The notes under the pieces: model-generated | Seen by the model: the letters and a program-made list of their open reading frames with translations, nothing else | Told to the model about the DNA's origin: nothing | Database searches by the model: none | Shown here: piece after piece, positions 1 to 11,235 of the stretch | Layout: each line of letters opens with the position of its first letter | Position numbering within the stretch: position 1 is the first letter of the stretch | Made by a program: the position numbers and the translations under genes | DNA from: Zygnema circumcarinatum SAG 698-1b | Taxonomy: Eukaryota; Plantae; Zygnematophyceae | Direction: 5' to 3' | NCBI GenBank assembly: GCA_037447605.1 | Contig: CM074805.1 | Location: 1,707,361-1,771,360, forward strand | Length of the DNA: 64,000 nucleotides

Positions 1-169
1 CCTTTTTGGTATCTCTTGAGGTGTGAGGTCGAGATCAATGACGGCCGCAATCGGCAACAACTCCTGGCTTGAGAAGCTTTATTTGCATGTTTGTTTGTTT
101 TCATGTCCTCCTTGTAATTGCTGAACGTGATGCTTGTCTAATGAGATCACTGCCTTTCCTTGTGCGCAG

Positions 170-1250
170 GTTGCTGCTGCAGCTGTGGTCATGGCTGGAG
201 ATCCATGGCTGGGAGCTCGATCCTGCTGTGATTAACGTGGCGCGAAAATACTTTGATCTTTCAGAGCTCGAGTATGTGAAAGAGACTGGGCACAAAAGCG
301 GCTCTGATGAGGATGAAAGGAAACCACCGAGGGAGAGTGCAGTGGCGAGTCCCCAGAATGCAGCCAGGCTCGAGGCAGCGAAAAAGGATTGGAAAGTTCT
401 TTTTGAGAATGGTGATTATTCTGAGGAACAAAAGAAGGCGCGTGAGGGCCATTTGGTAGTGCACATAGGAGACGCATTTGCAGAAGAAGCAACCATAGAA
501 GGTGGATTTGCTGGCATCTTAGTTGATTGCTTTTCAGAAGGAATAGTTGTCCCACAACTTCAACAGGAGGCTGTGTGGGAGCGATTGAAGAAGCGGCTCA
601 GACCAGGAGGACGAATAATGGTCAACTGTGCAGGCGGATGTGTCGAAGGCACAGACGCTAATGGAAAGGTTTGAGTTTCGTCCTTTACACCAGTCTTAAA
701 TCAGAATGTATCACTTTAATAACCTTCTGGACCTTTTCAGAATTGCTTGATCCGTTTTATCTATGGTATTCTTCATGGAATGACAGTATCCATGAGGTAC
801 ATGTTTGCTTGTAGTAAGGAGGTAAGCAATTGGCCGCCTTTTGAGCTTCAGAGCGTTTCACCTTCTCGTCAAGTTTGAACTTTTCCCAAATTTGAAGGTA
901 CTTAGATATTGATCAGGAGACTTCATTCTCACTTCCTTTCTATTGCGGTGGTTTTTTAGAGGAGCAGGCGGAAGGTATGACTAACGCAAATATGTGCTGG
1001 GATTTTGGTGCAGGGTGGTGAAGCTTTAATGTTGGAAACTGTTATGGCTCTCAGTAATGTATTTGAGGGTGAAGTATTCTGCCAACGGATTGATGGGGAA
1101 TATGGCAACGTTATGGCGTGTACAGGCCCCCCGCCAAACGTAGCATTTTGGCAAGACAATGTGCCGGAAGTATTGATGCCTTATGTAGAGAGCTGGATGT
1201 CAAGCCAAGATTTTTTATCGACCAATAAAGTCGTCCAAGTGCAGGGATGA
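170..1250 (+). CDS. SAM-dependent methyltransferase superfamily protein (spermidine-synthase-like fold), 5'-partial; exons ~170-668 and 1014-1250
   Basis: Translation contains LEIHGWELDPAVINVARKYFDLSEL, LVVHIGDAF, GILVDCFSEG, RLRPGGRIMVNCAGG; GT-AG intron 669-1013 joins in phase 0; TGA at 1248-1250. Upstream exons not identified within the window. Confidence 0.75.
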
Positions 1251-1439
1251 CTCGCACACAGTTTGGAAGAATTTCAAAACTTGCACCCTTTATCGGTGAA
1301 TGTTGTGTACTTTCAGTTTCAATTCACTTTTCCCGTGCCAGATGCCCCCGTTTTTGTGAAAGAGGACGGCCCGATATGCGTGTCAGGCAGGAAAACTTAC
1401 GAATCTGGTTCAGGCGGGCAGACCCAAGCAAGGCAGATA

Positions 1440-1920
1440 TTCCCAGGCAGGTAGGACCAGCTTAGGCATGCAGGCATGCAGGCGTGCAAACCCAAGCAGG
1501 ATGGCGGAAACAGCTTCTTGCTTGCATGAGCCCGGCTGCCTTAGCCGGCGTGTTTGTCTGCCTACCTGCTTTAGTCTGCTTGCATGTTTGGGCTGCCTTC
1601 CTTTCTGCTTTTTTGCTTGAGCCCGCTATTATGCCTTGCCTGAGCCCGCCTGCTTCGGCCTGCTTTCTGTCCCGCCTGCCTGCCAGCCTTAGCGCCCGAG
1701 TCTTCGTACTTGGCTGAGCCTGCTAAGCCTGCCTGCCTTGTCTAGTCTTCCTCCCAGGCAAGGCAGTAGGCTAAGGCAGGCAAGGCAGACTCAGACAGGC
1801 AGGGAGGCAGGTGTAGGCTCAGGGTTAGGCGCGCAGGTTCAGGCAGGCAGGGAAGGCGCAAGCTCAAGCAGGTAGGCAGACTCAGGCAGGGCAGGCTCAA
1901 GGTCAGGCAAGGCGTAGGAG
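1440..1920. repeat. Cryptic simple repeat built from CAGG/GGCA and CCTG/TGCC words with strand-polarity switches
   Basis: GCAGG-rich 1440-1505, GCCTG-rich ~1520-1742, GCAGG-rich ~1756-1915; no coding signature. Confidence 0.7.
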
Positions 1921-2203
1921 CCACGGCGATTAATGATAGAACATACCATTGACTCGGAACACCTGCCTCAAGGAACAGGTGGTCATGACACAGGACAAAC
2001 TTAAAAATAAAGGCAACATAAAAATGAGAATTACAGTCACAGAAAGGTCAAACATTCCATGCACGAGATCGTTGGACCGTGATTGCAGAAACCAACATTC
2101 ATGGACGAACCCTGAAGACTCCAAGCACTAACAAGGATTCATATTCTTAGTTGTGGACAATCATTGCGGCATCGATTTGGATCACACAATCTACCTCTCA
2201 TTC

Positions 2204-3597
2204 TTAGCTGCCAGGGTTCAATGCCGCTTCAGCAGCAGCCATAGGGTCAGTATCTTTCTCTGCCTCTGCCTCTTCCTGTTCCTCCCCAACAGATCTCGCT
2301 TCGTCTCTCGCTTTTGCCACCGTTGCATCGTGCTCTGCTTGCAATTTCTGAATCTCCTCTTCCTGCAGCTGTCGTTCAAACCACGTGTCCGCATCCGCCC
2401 ATACTGCAGGTCGCAAGCAAAATACACTAAACAATGAATTCAATAAAGTAGTGCTTAAAATGTGCTTGCATTACGAAATACATGTGAAGCCTGGGCAGTG
2501 TACGAAAATGCCAATGCCAGCCTAAGATTTAACCGCAAGAGTCCAAATTTACAGTCTAATTTACAACTCTTCGATGCTTAAAAGTTTGTTTTAATCTAGG
2601 AACGTTTGAGGATAGTCAAGTTGACGATGGTCATAATTGCCACCACCCGGACCAACTGAGAAGGCGATTCTGCTTTCAGTTTGAAAAGAAACGCTAGCTA
2701 GGTATACAAGAACCGCTGCAGATTGATTATCCGACCGCATTAAGACAAGATGTGTTTCTATCAACAAAGCTAACTTAAAAGAGCATAGTCGATTTTTTCG
2801 AAGACACAAGCATCTACGGGTGAGTGACACCTTTCTGTAGACCATACATGTGCATTAATAGCACTATGGAACCGCTCGTAATAAGAATCACACAATCATC
2901 CTTCAAGGAGGTAAAGGATTCATAAGCTTCTCAAAAGGATCAGGAACAAAGAAACGAGAGCCAGCAAACGTGAGATTTCTAAAAGAATTCATAAATCTTG
3001 GGACGAATAACTTGCCTGGTTGAGCTGCCCAGCCTTGCTCTCCTCCCTTTATTTTTATGGGTTGTGCATAGTTCACTGTTAAAACACGTCCATAAAGCTC
3101 CGCATTGTGCATGTTATCCATGGCAGCTGCAGTATCGTCCTTTTCAAGATAGGTCACGAACCCAAATCCTCGATGCTTTTGAGTTGTCTGGATAGCAAAA
3201 GCATATTGCTGTTCTTGTCAAACGGATTGGGATTAAAGGACCAAAACATCAACTTGAGAAATTAACTTGACGATAAATGTCCTCAACACCATAGACGTAT
3301 GCACTGCTTGGATGCTTCCCAGCTGAAAAGAAATAAGAGAAGGCTTGGTGCAGGTTCAGAGTACCTGATCAAGCGGAATGTTTACATCTTTGATGTCGCC
3401 AAACGGAATGAAAGCCGAATGCAACACGCCTTCATCCACATTTTCCTCCAATCCACCTGAAATGCCCGAGCCTGTTATGGTTTGATGCGCAACTGCAAAA
3501 CAATTGCGAAAACAGCAATTCATTGCCATGAAAAAACAACAAACGTTGACAGAGAGAACCTACCGACATAAAGCGTTGTCTTCGGATTCGTCCCCAT
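2204..3597 (-). CDS. RRM-domain protein, PPIE/Cyp33 N-terminal RRM type without cyclophilin domain; exons 3597-3564, 3457-3365, ~3189-3016, 2403-2204
   Basis: Spliced product [57 protein letters not shown]...[15 protein letters not shown]...[14 protein letters not shown]; RNP2/RNP1 intact; intron 3 has a GC donor (AG|GCAAGT at 3015). Confidence 0.9.
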
Positions 3598-4107
3598 GCG
3601 TAATTCACCACTCAGCCGCCCTCAGCAGGTCCTACTACAAATCAGTGTGAGATAGCGAAACTCGCTTACTGTAAGGCCCGTTGGCAAACAATTTGGCAAC
3701 CAAATCGTTTCATCGATACATCACAATGCTAACGCTTGTTCACGCAAAATGCCTCGAAGTTGAGGAATTAAATTTAAAAAGAATGAAGTGGCTTCTCCCC
3801 ATCATAGCTTCTACTTTGAAATATCGGAAACCGAGTTATCTTTCTCCTTGAGATTTTATGAGAGAAGCAAGCTGCTCCCCCTTAGCCCCTTCCCTGCTTT
3901 GCCCTCTCAGTTTGAGCCGCCAGAGGGCGCCCCCTGATATCGAGATGCAGTATCGGTGTATCGGACTATATATCGGAGTTCATTAATATCGATAATATTG
4001 GTATCGTCTGTTGTCCAATAAGTTACGATACTGACAGTGAGCAGCGCCGAGCTTGAAGTGCGCTTTGAGGGAGGGAGGGAGGAAGGGAGGGAGGTAGGGA
4101 GGCAGCC

Positions 4108-7100
4108 ATGGCTTCCCTAAGCGATAGCAGACTGCTTCTCGCTGCCTCACTCTCCGCTGCAGCGGGGGCTGCGATGGTGTTTTTGCTATCTCCATATGAA
4201 AAGAAGCAATTATCCTCCTCTGGCGACAGTAGCCATGGATCCGAAGCCACTACCCGCTCTGCTTCCCCTCCGGAACCACCTGCAACAGACGCTGCTTCGC
4301 AAACGCTCACGAGTGTTCAACAAACTTGGACTTGGCGTTATTCCTTATATTCTGGGACGTTGGCGGCAGCCATGGGAGCGCTTGGAGCAGTTGCTGTTGG
4401 GTATGTTGTCAGTGGGAGGTGGCGGTCGGTGTGGCTTGGTAGGGCATTTCGTGCACGCGTGGTCGGGATAATACCGGCACGTTACCACTCGTCCAGATTT
4501 CCCGGAAAGCCACTAGCCAATATACTAGGGAAGGCAATGATTCAGGTGAGTCAAGGAATCCATGTTATGTGAAGGAATTATTTCTGGCCGTATGTCGATC
4601 TGTGATATCATTGTCTATAGCAGGCACCAATGCATTGAATATTTTGGATAGGCTAGCTTTTTCTGTCTATCTTACAGAATTTGTATTCAACTCTTGAAAT
4701 GCAATCAACTCGCAATGGAACGTGATTTATTGTCCGACGTAGCAGTACTCACCAATAATTTCCGTAAAAATTGTAATGATATCAAAGTATCTGATTTGGA
4801 AGCATTGAAAATGGTAAAACTAATTTTACTTTGCATTGACAGATCAAGTCATAGTATGATAGATAGGCTTCCGCTTATTTCGAATTTCGAATTGTATTGG
4901 GTTTGGGGAGTAGAGGACATGGGAGCAAGCTCGGCAAGCCAAGACACTCGAGGCTGTAGGTTTGTGATCCTTAGAACATTCTTTTCCTGCTTAATTAAGT
5001 ATTTTGCTCTTAATTTCAAGAGAAAATTCTAAAAATCCAGTGCTATTTGGAGTAATTTTTGGAATTTATGTAGAACTTGCTTTTGATCATTCTCCATTTA
5101 GCGCCTGGGAGGGTGAACAACATACAACGTTGATGTAGATGTTTGTTCCAATGCGCAACAAGAAGGTTTTTTTAGAACAGAATAAAAAATCGTTGCATAC
5201 AGCCCTTGTGTTGAATTTATGGGTGAATGCAGAATACAGGGATGTTAGTTCATTTGGCTGTCCTTTTTAAGAGTTATTTGTTGAAGTGCTCATCAAAGTT
5301 GGCTTTCTGAATTTTTGTCCTTCAGTGTTGCTCATGTATTTGTCATTTCAATCCGTTTTTATGTCCAGATGGACCTCAGTGTATTTCATATGGTTGAAAA
5401 TCTTCCTTTACATGTTCCATTCTCGTATCCAAATGCTTATTCCACACTGAGAAATGCTCGCAATGTCATGGGGAGTGAAGGCCAGTTATCGCAACCGATG
5501 ATGAGAGGATCGCCGCCTATTGTCGCGATTTTGGTGCAGAGGTAGTCATGACATCTCCAGAATGTGAAAATGGTCGGTGGCCTGTTCTCAGAATTGCAAT
5601 AATCCCCATATTTGATGTGCTGTTCTGTAGCTGTTGCTCGTTTTTTTCCACTTTGCTAGTGCGTGGATCGAGAAAAGTACTCACATACTGTCGCTCATCA
5701 AGAATGCATTCTTCGATTGACTTGTCGCAGCAATTTATGTTTAAGTGAAGTTAAAGGATCTGAAATCAATATGAAATTCATGCTAGAGGTTAGACATGCT
5801 TCGCACAGGATCATGGACAAGCCAACTCTTTTGGTTTCTTCAAGAAGTGAATGCATGCAATTCAAGAGAACCTCACTAACCACTCGGGCATTGTCGAGTC
5901 ACGTGGTAAGTCCTTGAAACCACGCGCGGCGGCGTCACGTCAGTCGCGCGTCACTAGTTTTCACCAATTTTGGCAATGGAAAGGAAAGAGGGAGGAGAGA
6001 GAATGGAGAAGTACATGAACAGCTTCGAAAGTGTTTGTCAAATTCTAAGCAATGGCGCCATTTGAAGTGGAGATTTCACGTGGGCTATGCTATCGTAATG
6101 CTTCGCGACGTGGACGAGTCATCTAGCACAGCTCCCTTGAGATCTCCACTTCAAATGATGTTGTTGCTTAGGATTTGAAAAGAACTTTCGAAGTTGTTCT
6201 TTTACCTCCCCATTCTCTCTCCTCCCTCTATTTCCTTTCATTACCAAAACTGGTGAATGAATGGTTTGGCACACCTATTCTAAAATTTCGAAGCTTGACG
6301 TTGCGCTCTTGGCGTGCTCCATGACTTCAGGCCAAGTGAAGATGAATGATGAATGGCTGTCTGTGTCACTTTGTTGCCAAAAATGCATTTTTCTTAAGTG
6401 TGAAGATGAGCGCTTTTCTTCTGGAACATATTTGCAGTGTTTGGGAGAATGCTGTGTTTCCCTGTGGTAGATGTTTATTCCACTGTAGTAAGAATTGCTT
6501 GCCTTACTTCGATTCGTACTGAACTCTGAGATAGGGAATTGCAGGCACAGTCCGCTGCTGTGAGGCCATGGAGGCATTGGGCACACAACGATGGGATGCT
6601 GTGGTGAACATTCAAGGCGATGAGCCCCTTGTTGATCCAGCAGCCATTGACGCTGTGGTGATGGCGCTTCAGGTGAGCACATGCAACAGGTTGATGATCC
6701 TGTTGCCTCTTAAACGAGATTATCATCGAAACAACTCTGGTTTCCTACAAATCTGAAAGCACTTCATTGGTTGCTGCTTGGGGTGTGGCTCGAAAAGCAG
6801 TCTCGTAGTAAGCACGCAAGCCTAGGCTAACGACCCTTGCACAAGTTTATTGACGGAGTTCACAGTCAAAGCATTGTTTTCTGGGTGGAACTTTTCTACG
6901 TTTGCCAGATTGATTTTGACTCTGGTTCGTGCTAATGTGAAATTACTCGTAGACAAACTAACTGAGCATGGAGGACAATATTGGCATATGTACTGTGTGT
7001 GTCATGAAGCCCACATTTTTCTTACTTTGTTCTCGCAATTCATATGCCAATTTTTTCTTCAGCAGCTTTGTTCAGAATGCTCAAATAGAAATGTTCCTCT

Positions 7101-8566
7101 GAACTTTTGCGTCTAGCAAGCCTCTTGTTGTTGAACCATGAGGCGTCTTTGTCCGGAGTTAATTCTAGTGACTTTGACTCAAGTCTGTGTCTTCTGCGGT
7201 CTCTGCAGGGCGCGCCTCGGGCTGTATGCAGCACTGCAGTTGCCCCTCTCGATTTGTCGGATGCTCGTAACTCAAATCGAGTAAAGTGTGTCGTGGATCG
7301 TAAAGGATATGCCATGTATTTCTCTCGAGCACTGATACCTGCCAACAAGTGAGCAAGCAGGTGCTTGAACCATAGTGCAACTTTCTGGGATTCAGGAGGA
7401 AGATGTGGCATTGATCTCACGATCAATGGATTTTTTGGATTCATCGTCCATAAGAATGTGAATGCAATTAGACGATGAATGAAAGGTCAGAGTGTGAGTC
7501 ATGAAAATAATTATTATCATTATTAATAATATTATTTTACAAGCTCAGTTGGTTGGTGAGCCTGTTGGAAAAAAAAAGGGCAAAAGCACTGTAGAAATGC
7601 ATAATGCTCTCTTCTAATAAGGGGATGATAAATTGTTCAAAATAAAAGATAAATTCATAAATTGCATCTGGTAGTCTCTGATCCAATTCCTTTCCTGAAC
7701 ATCATAGGGGAAGTGATGTTTTATGACTTTCGAGAATGTGCTTTGCAGGAGTGTCGAAATCAGCAACAGCTTTCCATATCTTCTACATCTGGGGCTCATG
7801 GTGAGCTCGCATAGCACTCTAATGCCAGATATGAGGGATGGATCTGATGGGGAAAGGCATACAAGTTAGAACCCTCCTTATCCCTTGAAACGAGCATCCT
7901 TTAACGGAAGATGATGCTCTCTCTAGTGGTTGGCCTGGCCAGCCTATTTGATTCTCGACTGTTTGGATTGATAATTCTATGGATGTGAACTGCTCTGACG
8001 ATGGCGTAAGTCTAAAGATTTTCATGTCCAATCTGCTCGTAGCTGTGTGAAAACTGACATGGTCTGGAAAGTTTTCGTCAGTGCTACGATTCCAATTTTC
8101 TCCTTCGCTATGCAAAGATGAAAACCACACCACTGCAGTTGGAGGAAGATTTGGAGCAGCTGCGTATTCTGGAGTGTGGGCAAAAAATCAAGGTCAGTTG
8201 TTGAAAGAAGTATGCCCAAGGTTTTTTTGTTCTCGCTTAATAAGAGAGCAGAAAGGATCTTCTTTTCAAAATGTGCAGTAGGAAGGGAGAACAGCATTTC
8301 TATCCTCTGGTAACCTTTATGTGCTTCAAAGGTCGTGATGCCTCATAGTATCGCATCCTTAGTTTGGTTAAAACTAAAACATTTGTCTAGCTGATTTTAC
8401 TGATGGGTATATTTTCTTACAGTTTTGTTCCTCCCTTACTGGAGTGCAGGTCATTTGTGTTAATCATCGAGCACACGGCGTAGACACTCCGGAAGATGTC
8501 CCGAAGGTTGAGGCCATTCTGTTGCAGAAGGGTTTGGGGCCCAGTAACGTTTTTCCAACAGAATGA
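4108..8566 (+). CDS. kdsB: 3-deoxy-manno-octulosonate cytidylyltransferase (CMP-Kdo synthetase); exons 4108-4545, 4914-4959, 5486-5572, 6545-6672, 7209-7348, 7749-7800, 8082-8192, 8450-8566
   Basis: Motifs [73 protein letters not shown]; all junctions GT-AG and in frame. Confidence 0.93.
5960..6257. mobile_element. ~300-bp foldback (long imperfect inverted repeat) in CKS intron 3; MITE-like, no TSD found
   Basis: Left arm TTCACCAATTTTGGCAATGG...CATTTGAAGTGGAGAT (5960-6074) matches the reverse complement of ATCTCCACTTCAAATG...CCAAAACTGGTGAA (6142-6257), roughly 80% by eye, ~67-nt loop. Confidence 0.65.
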
Positions 8567-9599
8567 GGCTGCAGCCCTACTGCATGCATGCACACATGCA
8601 TCTGCTGTCATGCCACTGCATGCATGAAGACAAGTGGATCCTATTGTCAGCCTCCTATGGGCACCCAACGGCTGCTCTCCCAGGGGCCCCCTTTTTGAGT
8701 TCTGAAGCCAAGAGTCTGACTGGAACTGTTCATCTAGCGATCGTTAGTCAACTTTCAGTCTCTTGGTTTTCAGTTAGGTGCAGCAAAGATTGGCAGCATA
8801 CGTGCCATGCTGTCTTGCAATTGAGGGACTCGCAGGATAGAAAGAGGAGACTGTTCTCAGGAGCACTCTCTTCATCATGCGGCTTGTGCGAAGGGGACAT
8901 GTAGGCATGCTGGTTCTACCGTGTCCTTGCCTGAGGGCGAGGGAAAAGACAACAAAGATATCCATCATTCTCTTGGACTTGGCAACTCCTCTTCGTCTTT
9001 CTGCCTGTTTGCTTTGATGTGCTATCAAGTCCTATTCAGCTATGAAACATGCTCTGAGTTCAGACTCTCAGGCCACGTGCAGAGCAAGTGGTGGCTGTGC
9101 AGACGACCTGACGCATATGTCTGCTACATCATTAGATTATTCTAATGATGTAGTATCTATGTGTATATATTACGCATAGATACTACATCCTGTGTGTGTT
9201 ATATTGGGAATATAAGATTGGCATAAACTATGGAATAGGCAACTTGGAAATGACAAGGCACAAATAAACAATGGAGTGCGGAAGTAAACCCACTGGCAAC
9301 AAATTTCTGTCACCAGGAATCTCTTGGTGAAGCTGCGCTATTGTCATTTTCTGCATCGATAATTTTCCCCACCATCACGAAATAATGCCAGCTTTTGTAG
9401 TACTTGCGAACATTTGCTGTTGCAGGAGTGGTCCAGTAAACAGCAGCTTTTCATATGCAGCTCCAGGTTCGGGTTCTGCTTCAATAGACCTTTACTTTAC
9501 AGGCGGTATTCATCATATACCAAGATCAACTGCCGTTCTTGTCATTGCCTCCCCCCACTTAGACTGCCGGCCACTCTTCCTGCTCCAAGCTATGCTTCT

Positions 9600-10897
9600 T
9601 CAGGATTTAAGGATCTGCCTTACTCTCCTTTTTGCGCCATACGCTCGGTCAAAATGATGCACCTGCCCAACAAAAGCCTTGATCAGAAGGGAACTGGAAA
9701 GGAACCAGTAATCCAAAAAACCAGAGAAAAAGTCATTGATGTGAGCGGCAGGCAACCCTTTCCAACCGGGAAATTAGAGTGACCACCCCCACCCCCCCAA
9801 TGTAGCAAGCTTCTCAGTCCACATGGAGACCTTCATGGCTGACATGAGAGCTATCTACAGCTCACCCATGTTGAACGACATGCGCCTTCATACTCCTTAC
9901 GCAATTCTTTGCAGGCTAAAGGGTACAATAGTCCTGCCCGGCCTATTTCTGTGGGCCCCTCCTTGTCCTGCCGCTGCTCCAGGCATGCGAAGAAGGCGTC
10001 CCGTGCCTGCAGGAATCAAGAGGAGTGAACCGCTTCAGCAACTCCTCTCGATAAACACGCTCGAGTTAAATTGACAGGCACAGCATGCATAACGATGAGA
10101 CCAGGCGAAATTTGCCGCCATTTTCAGCATTCCTTCAGAACGTATGTAATCATCAGCAGAGGAGAAAATGACACAACAAAACTTGTAAACTTTGTAAAGG
10201 TAAAATACCCATTTGGAGATCATCAAAAATAAAAGGGGTTCGGAGTATGTACTCGGTAAGTACAGGTACAGTTTACACGGCTGGTTCCAGCCTTTGCGTA
10301 CGAGAAAAAATGAGTACAAAAGCAAACCGCGAAAAGGGATAGAAGGAGGGGCATGGCTGGAGGCTATAATGCGGTTGCTAGCTTTCTAGTTGTCAGTTTA
10401 TTAGAAGTTCCAATCGCACTTTCCTGACTTCGGGTCTCAATAAGCAAGGGCTAGAAGCCGGCTTTCTCAGTTTAATGCTCATGTCAGCAGAACAAGAAAA
10501 TTTCATTGTTCAAATTTTTGCTTCTTATCTTGTATACTGGAGATTCCATGGACATTCCACATGCCATGGCAATATGCCTTGAGCCACATTACCATATTTA
10601 TATCACCATACTGGAGCCTGCATTGCAGCCTGAATCCAATTGGACAGCATCGATCGCTACTGGCATCAGGAAACATCAAAAAAATTACTCCCATTCTTAC
10701 TGAATGTCCATTGGAAGCATTTTCCTTCTCTGCAATACCACGTTCTCCAAGACAGAAACGTATAAGGAAGACTTGAAATGAATGAAACAGAGAAGTCATA
10801 CCTTGTAGCAGCGCATCCTCCCTGCTGCCAGCACATCTGGAGCTATGGCGCCCTCGGAGATTTTCTGAGCTCCTGCCTCGGAGTACTTGACCGCCAT
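9600..10897 (-). CDS. COA6: COA6/COX6B-family twin-Cys protein (cytochrome c oxidase assembly factor 6-like); exons 10897-10802, 10006-9866, 9662-9600
   Basis: Spliced MAVKYSEAG...GRMRCYK|ARDAFFACLEQ...GLLYPLACKELRKEYEGACRSTW|VHHFDRAYGAKRRVRQILKS*; CX9C and CX10C pattern with WxxHF typical of the family. Confidence 0.82.
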
Positions 10898-11235
10898 AGC
10901 TAGAAGCCACTGCAGAACACTTAAGCGGGAACCAAGCAGAACCGGCACTGGCTTTCTCGTCAGAACCCTTCTCTTGTTTCAGTAAATGTCACCATTCTAT
11001 TCTGCTGAACCCCTTTTTATCAAGAACTACACCATTCAGAAAGCGAGAAGGAAACTGCAGAACACCCCAATGCACACTTTTTTCGTGAAGTCTTCGTTCA
11101 CGTGAAGCTCCAACAGTTTCGCTGCGTGTCCGAAGCAGAAGAGGAGTGGCTGAAGCGTTGGAGTGTTCAATTCGAAGAGCGACCTCCTTCCTCCTTCGAA
11201 TACGTGCTAGCAGCCTGTTTGACCTCTTCGAAGCC

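Noticed and set aside
2204-3597. PPIE-like protein lacking the cyclophilin domain as a novelty
   Set aside because: The RRM-only form is the normal plant architecture.
5920-5958. Possible Helitron 3' end (ACGCGCG...CGCGCGT stem then CTAG-T)
   Set aside because: The stem ends only 2 nt before CTAG with a 16-nt loop, which is atypical spacing, and no 5' TC terminus could be defined.
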